From: Desulfomonile tiedjei
Lineage (GTDB): Bacteria > Desulfobacterota > Desulfomonilia > Desulfomonilales > Desulfomonilaceae
NCBI GenBank assembly: GCA_016218715.1
Contig: JACRDG010000054.1
Span: 13,940-77,939 of the forward strand
Direction of reading: 5' to 3'
Length of the DNA stretch: 64,000 nucleotides
Of the stretch, positions 56,181-64,000 are shown in pieces; position 1 is the first letter of the stretch; each line of letters starts with the position of its first letter. A program made the translations under genes and the position numbers. The notes under the pieces were generated by a model that searched no databases, was not told the DNA's origin, and saw only the letters and a list, made by a program, of their open reading frames with translations.

Positions 56181-56924
56181 ATGAAATCAATCGAGACAGA
56201 CCGAGGTGTTGTCCGCGTTTATTCCGGGGAGGAGACGCTCAGCCGAGCGGCTGCTGACCTGTTCGAGAAGACTGCTCACCGTGCGGTGGATTTGAGAGAC
56301 GGCTTTGCCGTGGTTCTGTCCGGAGGGCATTCTCCTGAACGCGCCTACCGACTTCTGGCGGAGCACATTTACCGTGAACGTGTGCCGTGGGACAAAATAG
56401 ACGTGTTCTGGGGCGACGAGCGGTGCGTGGCACGGGACGATCCAAGAAACAACGCGCGCATGGCATTCGATAGGTTGCTCGGTCACGTTCCCATACCCGA
56501 AATCCGGCTTCACCCCATTCCCGTAGAAGAACCACCGGAGCAGGCCGCGGATCGCTATGAAGAGCTACTGCGCAACTTCTTCCAGGGGCGGCCACCGAGC
56601 TTCGATCTGGTCCTTTTGGGCCTCGGGGAGAACGGGCATACCGCGTCACTCTTTCCAGGCACTCCGATTCTAGAAGAACACAGCCGGTGGGTGAAAGAAG
56701 TGTATGTGCCCGAGCAGCATATGTATCGCGTCTCTCTAACCGTCCCGATTATCAATCAGGCCTCGACGGTCGCATTCCTGGTTCATGGCCCGAGCAAATC
56801 CCGCGTGCTCCGAGAGGTCGTGAAAGGTCCGCTGCGGCCACGGGACCTGCCCGCTCAACTCATCGTCCCCGCAGACGGCGAGCTGCTCTGGCTGGTGGAC
56901 GCCGAAGCGGCCCGGGAATTATAG
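56181..56924 (+). CDS. pgl: 6-phosphogluconolactonase
   Basis: Motifs VLSGGHSP, WGDERCV and LGLGENGHTASLFPG. The start is uncertain: ATG 56181, or GTG 56142/56154 overlapping the gnd stop. Confidence 0.85.
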   Translation: MKSIETDRGVVRVYSGEETLSRAAADLFEKTAHRAVDLRDGFAVVLSGGHSPERAYRLLAEHIYRERVPWDKIDVFWGDERCVARDDPRNNARMAFDRLLGHVPIPEIRLHPIPVEEPPEQAADRYEELLRNFFQGRPPSFDLVLLGLGENGHTASLFPGTPILEEHSRWVKEVYVPEQHMYRVSLTVPIINQASTVAFLVHGPSKSRVLREVVKGPLRPRDLPAQLIVPADGELLWLVDAEAAREL

Positions 56925-57131
56925 GGGAGCGCCCTGAAGGCTGTCGTAGGGCTAAACCACACGCTGTGGATCATGCCAAGGTATCCCAGTCGGCCGCCTG
57001 CGTACAGCATGCCTTGATAGGACCCGGCCATACCCTCGAACGGTCAAAGAGGAAGATTCTCGTCTTTGACTATTGCCTGCTGAGCTGGTAATAATGTGAT
57101 TGATAAGATTGAGGTTCGTGGTGAGGTCGCC

Positions 57132-58322
57132 ATGCTCCTGGACGATCTTCTCAAGACGGCTTTTAAACAAGTCTATCGGAACAAGCGACGGTACAAGGGG
57201 GCGATAATCGGCACGGCGATGGGAATAGCCGGGCTTGTCGCTGTCGTCACGATGGGGGATTCGGTGGAGAGCACCCTCGGTAAGAACTTGGAATTGCTGG
57301 GCAATGCCACCATCGTGAAAGCAGGGTGGGATTTTGACCATACTCCTCGATGGCATCACGGCCAATATACCGAGAAAGATGTGGAGGATTTGAAGAGATT
57401 GCCCGGTGTCCTGAGGATCTCGACGGCTCAATGGAAAAGCAAGGTGAGAACCTCATTCGGAAAGAAAGTCTACAGGTTCAATCTGGGCGGAGTCGAGGCG
57501 GCCTTTTTCGACACGATGAGCATGACCGTGACCAAGGGGAGGAAGCTCACCGAAAAGGATGAGAGGCTTACCCGGCACGTGTGCGTGATCGGTCCGACCG
57601 TGCAGAAAGAGATCTTCGAAGGCGGCGACGCTCTCGGAAAGGAACTCTTGGTCAACGGGCTAATGCTCAAGGTCGTCGGCCTGTTGGGAGGAGCGGAGGA
57701 CGCTTCGTACATGGAAACGATTTTCATACCTATATCTGTCGCTCAGGGGCAGCTCGAGCATATGCAAAAGCTCCGCCACATTTATCTGCGGGCAAAAGAC
57801 TGGGACACCGTGCCCATCCTGCAGAAGCAAGTGGAAGAAACGCTCCGGAACAATCAACCTGCATATGCTCAAGCCATGTCGATCACGTACGATCAAGAGC
57901 GCGTGGTCATGATCCAGACGGTCGTACTGATCTTCAAGTTCTTTCTCCTCGCGGCAATAGCGGTCACGCTCGTCCTGGGCGGACTCGGCATTACCAACGT
58001 GATGCTCGCGGTGGTCAACGAGCGGATCACCGAAATCGGGCTGCGTAAGGCCGTGGGAGCCACGGAGGGAATGATCGTCTCGCAGTTTCTCCTCGAGTCG
58101 CTGACGGTGAGCCTGATCGGGGCTGCTGTGGGCATTTTGTCAGGTCTTGGGGCCGTGGAGCTCCTTCAGAGTATCTTTGAGACTGTTGCCGGCCTTGCGA
58201 CCTTTCTCTACAGCATATTGGGTTCCGTGTTGATCGCAGTGGTGCTAGGGGTAGCCTCCGGCTTGGTTCCCGCTGCGAGGGCCGGCCGGCTTAGCGCGGT
58301 GGACGCGATGAGATTCGAATAA
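57132..58322 (+). CDS. FtsX/MacB-type ABC-transporter permease (no adjacent ATPase)
   Basis: MLLDDLLKTAFKQVYRNKRRYKGAIIGTAMGIAGLVAV, a large extracytoplasmic domain, then a C-terminal FtsX 3-TM bundle (ERITEIGLRKAVGAT...). Confidence 0.85.
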   Translation: MLLDDLLKTAFKQVYRNKRRYKGAIIGTAMGIAGLVAVVTMGDSVESTLGKNLELLGNATIVKAGWDFDHTPRWHHGQYTEKDVEDLKRLPGVLRISTAQWKSKVRTSFGKKVYRFNLGGVEAAFFDTMSMTVTKGRKLTEKDERLTRHVCVIGPTVQKEIFEGGDALGKELLVNGLMLKVVGLLGGAEDASYMETIFIPISVAQGQLEHMQKLRHIYLRAKDWDTVPILQKQVEETLRNNQPAYAQAMSITYDQERVVMIQTVVLIFKFFLLAAIAVTLVLGGLGITNVMLAVVNERITEIGLRKAVGATEGMIVSQFLLESLTVSLIGAAVGILSGLGAVELLQSIFETVAGLATFLYSILGSVLIAVVLGVASGLVPAARAGRLSAVDAMRFE

Positions 58323-58371
58323 ATCAACCGTCGAGGTTTCATGCAACCATGACAGGAACTGAGGGGTCAGG

Positions 58372-61300
58372 ATGAGCCGCGTTCAACGTATTCTCGTTGT
58401 GGATGACGAGCAGGGAAACCGAACCCTGTTGGAAGCCATGCTTGCATCTCTCGGCTACGAGTCTGACCTCGCCCATAATGGCTCGGAGGCCCTCGAAAGG
58501 CTTACTCCCGCGATCGATCTTGTCCTTCTGGATGTGCTCATGCCGGGTCTGGACGGGTTCGAAGTCACGCGACGAATCCGAAGTCACGCGGTCTGCAAAG
58601 CCGTGCCTGTCATTATGGTGACCGCGCTTGAAGGGAAAAAGGATCGACTTCGCGCGGTGGCCGCAGGCGCCAACGACTTCATTTGCAAACCGATCGACAG
58701 GATGGAATTGCAGATTCGTGTGGCATCCCTTCTCAGGATGAAAGAAGCCCAGGACGCCTTGCGGCAAAGTGAAGAGAAATACCGAGAGCTCGTGGAGCAT
58801 TCCAACAGCATTATCCTGCGGTGGAACCGGGACGGCCGTGTCACCTTTTTGAACGAGTTCGGCCAGACCTTCTTCGGATATAGCGGAGAGGAAGCCATCG
58901 GCCGGCACATGGTTGGCACCATCGTTCCGGAAACCGGCCAGGCCGGGCCCAACTTGGCGCAGATGATTCGAGACATCGGCACGTACCCGGAACGCTATGT
59001 GAACGATCAAAACGAGAGTATGCGCCGCAACGGGGAACGGGTCTGGATTTCCTGGACCAACAGGCCGATATTCGACCCACACGGCAGCGTTGTGGAAATA
59101 CTGTCCGTGGGCAACGATCACACCGACCTGAAACGGGCAGAGGAGGAATTGCGAAAGTCCAAAGAGGAGCTGCAGATAAGGGTGGCGGAGCGGACGGCCG
59201 AATTGCAGAGCGCCAACGAGCGCTTGCAGATCGAACTTGCCGAACGTAAACGAGCCGAGGCGCTCCTCCGAGAATCGGAAGAGAAGTATCGTCTCGTCGT
59301 AGAAAGAGCCCTGGAAGGAATTTTTGTGGCCCAGGACGGAATGCTGAGATTCGTCAATCCGAAGACCGTTGGTCTCCTGACGTACACCGAAGAAGAGTTG
59401 CTCTCAAAACCGTTCACGGATTTCGTTTTCCCGGATGACAGGCAGATGGTGTATGAGCGCCACGTACGGAGATTGCGAGGCGAGGCGTTGCCCAGCCGCT
59501 ATCCCTTTCGGCTTCTGGACAAGGACGGAACCGTGAAGTGGGTCGAGATCGACAGTGCCGTGATCCCCTGGGATGACAGGCCTGCTGCGCTTGTTTTCAT
59601 GACGGACATCACCGAACGGATGCTGATGGAAGAAGCGCTCAGGGAGAGTGAGGAATGGTATCGTACGCTCGTAGAGAATAGTTTTGACGGTCTCTTCGTC
59701 CAGAAAGGCCCCAAGATCGTCTTTGCCAATGTTCGTCTTTGTGAAATGCTGGGTTATTCGGGAAACGAACTGGAGGGCATGGATCACTGGCTCATCTATC
59801 ATCCGGATTATCAGAGCATTACCCGCGACAGAGCCCTGGCGCGCATGAGGGGCAAAGAAGTGGAGCCTCGGTATGAAGTCAAATTGCAGCGCAAGGACGG
59901 GACGTTCTTCCCTGGAGAAATCACCGCGAGAGCACTGAAAGTCCGAGGCGAGCCGGGCGTGCAGGTCTGGATAAGAGACCTTTCGAAAAGGAAACGCTCG
60001 GAGAAAGTGCAAAGGCGTTTGGCCACTGCCGTGGAACAGGCGGCTGAAGCAATCATCATCACCGATGTCGAAGGAACCATTCAGTACGTGAATCCTGCCT
60101 TTGAGAGTATCTCCGGGTATGCCCGCGATGAAGTCCTCGGCCGGAACCCCAGGGTGCTGCAGAGCGGATCCCATGACCAAGAGTTCTACAAGGATTTATG
60201 GGATACGATTACAGGCGGACACGTTTGGACAGGCAGTTTCATCAACAAGCGAAAGGACGGACGCTCAATCCATTCAGACACGACAATTTCACCTGTCAAG
60301 GATTCCAGCGGGAAGATTGTGAACTTCGTGGCAGTAGGCCGGGACATGACCGACCACAGAGAACTCTCGAAGCAGCTTCTCCATGCCCAAAAGATGGAGG
60401 CGATAGGAACCCTGTCAGGAGGGATTGCCCATGACTTCAACAACCTTTTGACCGTGGTGCTTGGCTTCACCGAAATCATGCTTATGGAGAAGAATGAAAA
60501 CGACCGCGAGTATGCAGACCTTCAGAAAATACTCCATGCAGCCAAGAGCGGGGCTGAACTGGTTCAGCGGTTGCTTACTTTCAGCAGGAGGGTGGAGCCG
60601 CAGCCCGTTCCCTTGAATCTCAACAAACAGATTACGCAGGTGGAGAAGCTGCTGCGGCGCACGATTCCCAAGATGATCGATATTCAGCTTAATCTGTCGG
60701 GCCACCTTGCGGAAATTGACGCGGACCCATCGCAAATCGAACTCGTCCTGATGAATTTGGCCGTAAACGCTCGTGACGCGATGCCCGATGGCGGGAAACT
60801 CTCCATTGGAACGCGAAACGTTTCGCTTGATGATGAATATTGCAGGCTCCACGTCGGAGCCACCCCCGGGGATTACGTGCTGCTGGCAGTTTCCGACACT
60901 GGCCACGGAATGGATAGAAACACGCAAGAACACATATTCGAACCATTTTACACGACCAAAGAACTGGGCCGCGGGACAGGCTTGGGGCTCGCGATGGTGT
61001 ACGGGATCGTGAGCCAACATCACGGTCACATCACGTGCGAAAGTCAGGTCGGCTCCGGCACCACCTTCTCCGTCCATTTTCCTGCCGTCAAAGGACCGGC
61101 TGTACAGGAAGTCGACGAGACTGCAGTGATGCCCGCGTTCGGAACTGAAACCCTCATGCTGGTTGATGACGAAGAGTTCGTGCGGGAATTGGGTGCCCGG
61201 ATACTCGACAAGGCCGGCTACACGGTTTTGGCGGCGAGCAACGGGATGGAAGCACGCGAACTATTTGAGAAAGAGAGATCACGTGTTTCCCTGGTGGTAC

Positions 61301-61512
61301 TCGACCTCATCATGCCGGAAATGGGCGGGAAAGAATGTCTCAGGGAACTTCTCAAGATCGATCCGCAGGTCAGGGTCCTTGTCACCAGCGGTTACTCAGC
61401 AGATGCGCCGGTGAAGGATTGCCTGGAGGCCGGTGCAAAGGGATTCGTCAGAAAACCGTTCAGGATGAAGGAGTTGCTCCGGCAGGTCCGAAGAGTCTTG
61501 GACGAGTGTTGA
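58372..61512 (+). CDS. Hybrid sensor histidine kinase: REC - PAS x4-5 - HisKA - HATPase_c - REC
   Basis: 1046 aa. N-terminal receiver ILVVDDEQ...LLDVLMPGLDG...CKP. PAS modules separated by coiled coils. H-box GGIAHDFNNLL. ATPase motifs DTGHGM and GTGLGLAMV. C-terminal receiver LMLVDDEE...LDLIMPEMGG...RKPF. Confidence 0.9.
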   Translation: MSRVQRILVVDDEQGNRTLLEAMLASLGYESDLAHNGSEALERLTPAIDLVLLDVLMPGLDGFEVTRRIRSHAVCKAVPVIMVTALEGKKDRLRAVAAGANDFICKPIDRMELQIRVASLLRMKEAQDALRQSEEKYRELVEHSNSIILRWNRDGRVTFLNEFGQTFFGYSGEEAIGRHMVGTIVPETGQAGPNLAQMIRDIGTYPERYVNDQNESMRRNGERVWISWTNRPIFDPHGSVVEILSVGNDHTDLKRAEEELRKSKEELQIRVAERTAELQSANERLQIELAERKRAEALLRESEEKYRLVVERALEGIFVAQDGMLRFVNPKTVGLLTYTEEELLSKPFTDFVFPDDRQMVYERHVRRLRGEALPSRYPFRLLDKDGTVKWVEIDSAVIPWDDRPAALVFMTDITERMLMEEALRESEEWYRTLVENSFDGLFVQKGPKIVFANVRLCEMLGYSGNELEGMDHWLIYHPDYQSITRDRALARMRGKEVEPRYEVKLQRKDGTFFPGEITARALKVRGEPGVQVWIRDLSKRKRSEKVQRRLATAVEQAAEAIIITDVEGTIQYVNPAFESISGYARDEVLGRNPRVLQSGSHDQEFYKDLWDTITGGHVWTGSFINKRKDGRSIHSDTTISPVKDSSGKIVNFVAVGRDMTDHRELSKQLLHAQKMEAIGTLSGGIAHDFNNLLTVVLGFTEIMLMEKNENDREYADLQKILHAAKSGAELVQRLLTFSRRVEPQPVPLNLNKQITQVEKLLRRTIPKMIDIQLNLSGHLAEIDADPSQIELVLMNLAVNARDAMPDGGKLSIGTRNVSLDDEYCRLHVGATPGDYVLLAVSDTGHGMDRNTQEHIFEPFYTTKELGRGTGLGLAMVYGIVSQHHGHITCESQVGSGTTFSVHFPAVKGPAVQEVDETAVMPAFGTETLMLVDDEEFVRELGARILDKAGYTVLAASNGMEARELFEKERSRVSLVVLDLIMPEMGGKECLRELLKIDPQVRVLVTSGYSADAPVKDCLEAGAKGFVRKPFRMKELLRQVRRVLDEC

Positions 61513-61587
61513 TCTCCTCTTCGGCAGCTGCCAAAGCTCACTTCCCAAGTGAGGGGATTCGTAGGTCGGCGGCCGCCCAATCCGACG

Positions 61588-63327
61588 CTATGCTCGGCAA
61601 CGGCTATGTGTCCCCTGAAACGGTTTTCCGAATCGTACGGCCATAATGGCAATGTCGTCCAAGCCGGGCTCACCTCGAGTAAACGAGACCACGTCTTCCA
61701 GTATCCCTTCCACCAGCTCCTTCACTCCCTGGTCGGCTCGCGGGGCAATGCAGCGTTTCAGGCCCTCGTAACCGAAAAAAGAGCCATCCCTGTCGCAAGC
61801 TTCCGTCAGACCGTCGGTAAACGTAATCAGGACATCACCGGGTTTCAGCGTGCAGACATCGGTGCGAAACACCGCATCTTCAAACAACCCGAGGACTGGT
61901 CCGCCCGGCCGGCCGAACTCTTCGACCTCCTGTCCGTTGCGGAGAGCGACCGGCGAGTTGTGCCCCGCGTTGACGTAAACAAGCCTACCTGTCCTGATAT
62001 TGAGAACTGCACAGAATACGCTGACGAACATGGAGCTGTCATTCCCTTGAAGGAGCTGCCCGTTGACCCTGCCAAGAATTCCATCGGGGAGGGTGGCTCG
62101 GATGGCTGCCGAACCGATCAAGGACTTGACGACGGCCATGAGAATTGCTGCAGGAACGCCTTTACCGGAAACGTCTCCGATCACCAGACACAAATGATCC
62201 TCGTCCATGAAGAAGAAATCGTAGAAGTCTCCCCCTACTGCTCTGGCGGGAACAAGGAGCGCGTGGATCTCGAACTCGCCATGCCCGGGAAACGGAGGAA
62301 ACGTGTGCGGAACCAAGCTCATCTGAATCCTGGCCGCGGCCGAAAGTTCGCATTCGATGCGTTCCGTGGAGGCCACGGCTTCGCAATAGTCCTGCACATA
62401 CTGGGTGAGCTCTCCACCTAATCGGTTGAACGATCGCGCCAGGTCCCTTACCTCAAGAGTACCCTTTTCATCTACATCCACGGTGAAGTTGCCTTCTCCG
62501 ATTTGCGTTACCGCGTCTCTCAACCGCACAAAAGGGCGGGCCATGGATCTGCCGAGGATCAGCGCCACGCCGCCGCCAAAGGCAAAGAGCGCGAAACTGC
62601 CCGCCAGAATAGTGCCTCGCGCTTGGCTCAGAGCTGACCGGGCAGCCTCTCTGATCCATTCCTCCGAGCGTCTCAGTGCGGACTGTTGGGCAGATCTGAT
62701 CTTCCGATGCACGGGAAGAAAATACTCGTCGATGTTCACCGCGCCCACAACGACGAAATTCGTTCCGGGAACGTGCATCAGGACCATATACTTTTCCCGC
62801 GATTCATTTACCGTGTCCAAGAAGGTGTAGTATCCCCTGACCTTGGCCTCGGTGCCGGAACGCTCCACCAGCTTCCACATGTCGGGAAACTGGTCCTTCC
62901 ATTCGGAGAAATTTCTGCCTTCCACCGATTTGTTCGGATGCAGGATGTTGAGTCCGGTCCTGTCATTGAGGTCCACGTACCCCGATTCCCTTCCCCATGC
63001 ATGAATGGATTGGGTCGCGATGCGTCTGACCTCGTCATTCTTGCGAAGCGCCCCATAGTCCAGCTTGTCGAGGTGGTCCAGCGTGAACGCGAGCGTGGCT
63101 GCCACCTCACTGACTTTCGCGTCCAGCGACTGTTCCCCGTACGTTCTGAGAATACGCTCAGAGAGCTGATAATTGGCTGTTGCCAGGAAATCCACACTAT
63201 CGCGGGCAGAAGCCGTCGTCTCGCGATGAAGTCCGTCGACTGTGTGGTACACGAGGATCAGAGTACCGGCGATCGTTACGACAATGATTGACAGATACGA
63301 GAGAAGGAGCTGAGTCATGATCTTCAT
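61588..63327 (-). CDS. Cache-HAMP-PP2C (SpoIIE-type) membrane-bound serine phosphatase
   Basis: ATG 63327 follows GGGAGGTG. TM1, a ~220-aa extracytoplasmic Cache-like domain, TM2 plus HAMP (RPFVRLRDAVTQIGEGNF), and a PP2C core (GGDFYDFF...IGDVSGKGVPAA...TDGLTEA...DDIAIMAV). Confidence 0.85.
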   Translation of the reverse strand: MKIMTQLLLSYLSIIVVTIAGTLILVYHTVDGLHRETTASARDSVDFLATANYQLSERILRTYGEQSLDAKVSEVAATLAFTLDHLDKLDYGALRKNDEVRRIATQSIHAWGRESGYVDLNDRTGLNILHPNKSVEGRNFSEWKDQFPDMWKLVERSGTEAKVRGYYTFLDTVNESREKYMVLMHVPGTNFVVVGAVNIDEYFLPVHRKIRSAQQSALRRSEEWIREAARSALSQARGTILAGSFALFAFGGGVALILGRSMARPFVRLRDAVTQIGEGNFTVDVDEKGTLEVRDLARSFNRLGGELTQYVQDYCEAVASTERIECELSAAARIQMSLVPHTFPPFPGHGEFEIHALLVPARAVGGDFYDFFFMDEDHLCLVIGDVSGKGVPAAILMAVVKSLIGSAAIRATLPDGILGRVNGQLLQGNDSSMFVSVFCAVLNIRTGRLVYVNAGHNSPVALRNGQEVEEFGRPGGPVLGLFEDAVFRTDVCTLKPGDVLITFTDGLTEACDRDGSFFGYEGLKRCIAPRADQGVKELVEGILEDVVSFTRGEPGLDDIAIMAVRFGKPFQGTHSRCRA

Positions 63328-63405
63328 GGTTCGACACCTCCCGTGGCACTGCACGCGTGTGGTTCATCCCGAGTTCCGGCTTGCCTGGCGACCTCGAAAG
63401 GGGGC

Positions 63406-63882
63406 TTACGTCCCCCGACGTTGTAGGAAGTTGAGAGCCTTCATGGTCATGACCACTTCGCTATGCTGATTGAGGACCTCGATGTACGAACGAACCAGCC
63501 CCCGGTCCGGCTTGGAGCGTGATGGTTTGGCTTCAAGGACTGTGACTCGGAGCGACAGCATATCCCCGGGGCGCACCGGCTTGAGCCACCGCAGCTCATC
63601 CACACCGGGCGAACCCAGGCTCGCCACCCGAGAGAGGTAGTGCTCCACGAAGAGCCTCATCATCAGACTCGCCGTATGCCAGCCGCTGGCGATCAATCCG
63701 CCAAACGGGGACTGCCTCGCCGCTTCCCGATCCGTATGAAAGGGTTGCGGGTCGAACCGTTGACCGAAAGCGATGATCTCGGCTTCCTCGACGCCGATGC
63801 AACCGCATTCGTAAACCGCTCTCGGAACGTAATCCTCGAAGTAGCGGTCGTCGATCGGGGTTACGAATTTCGTATTCGTCAT
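63406..63882 (-). CDS. MaoC-like hotdog-fold hydratase (paralog of 47548..48084)
   Basis: [38 protein letters not shown]...[29 protein letters not shown]. Confidence 0.85.
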   Translation of the reverse strand: MTNTKFVTPIDDRYFEDYVPRAVYECGCIGVEEAEIIAFGQRFDPQPFHTDREAARQSPFGGLIASGWHTASLMMRLFVEHYLSRVASLGSPGVDELRWLKPVRPGDMLSLRVTVLEAKPSRSKPDRGLVRSYIEVLNQHSEVVMTMKALNFLQRRGT

Positions 63883-63890
63883 AAAGCTCC

Positions 63891-64000
63891 TTAAAGCCCC
63901 CCGCCCTGCAATTCGCGATACAGCTCAGAAGTCTCGGTCTCACCAGCGTCCATCGCACGGTGGCCGACCTTAAACGTGATCGGTGCCCGGACGAGCACGC
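63891..64000 (-). CDS. 3' end of an unidentified CDS running off the window
   Basis: My own translation, open to the edge: ...[35 protein letters not shown]. The stop lies 8 nt before the MaoC SD/start. Confidence 0.4.
   Translation of the reverse strand, partial: VLVRAPITFKVGHRAMDAGETETSELYRELQGGGL

Noticed and set aside
1-64000. Search by eye for tRNA, rRNA, tmRNA, SRP or RNase P RNA, CRISPR arrays, IS transposases, integrases and known riboswitch cores
   Set aside because: I found no T-loop/acceptor patterns, no direct repeat-spacer arrays, no transposase-like ORFs and no conserved riboswitch boxes. Only an Infernal/tRNAscan run could settle this.

Overview
This 64-kb chromosomal window comes from a GC-rich genome. 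Sigma54/NtrC regulation, multi-PAS hybrid kinases, W/Mo-pterin oxidoreductases and MinD-ferredoxin Fe-S carriers suggest a Desulfobacterota/Syntrophobacterales-like anaerobe, but that is inference only. I support about 50 protein-coding genes. I saw no rRNA, tRNA, CRISPR array, transposase or phage genes. Main blocks, left to right: (1) a 1682-aa REC-PAS-GAF-HK-REC hybrid kinase. (2) A Tat-ferredoxin plus 700-aa AOR-family (YdhV-like) module with a secreted nitroreductase-fold protein. (3) Scattered redox and housekeeping genes: VOC, patatin, ferredoxin-nitroreductase, Zn-ADH, panE, an HU-like gene, an M50B-like peptidase, and an RRM protein next to rpsU. (4) An Fe-S carrier cluster: IscU-like, MBL-fold, DUF59 and two MinD-ferredoxin ATPases. 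(5) A PilZ protein, a PAS kinase and a 13 x 26-residue HEAT-like repeat protein. (6) The most interesting locus: a two-component/NtrC module followed by an exact sigma54 promoter. That promoter drives a leaderless PsrA/acetylene-hydratase-clade Mo/W enzyme, a 4-cluster ferredoxin, a GltD-like NAD(P)H flavoprotein, a TauE/TSUP permease, a pseudo-receiver and small ORFs. (7) A GH13 glucan enzyme and a complete glk-zwf-tkt-tal-gnd-pgl pentose-phosphate cluster. (8) An orphan FtsX permease, a second hybrid kinase, a Cache-HAMP-PP2C phosphatase and MaoC paralogs. Non-coding structure includes four copies of a ~155-bp nested-palindrome intergenic element and a 23-nt hairpin motif family. All functional calls rest on motifs I recognised by eye; no database search was possible.
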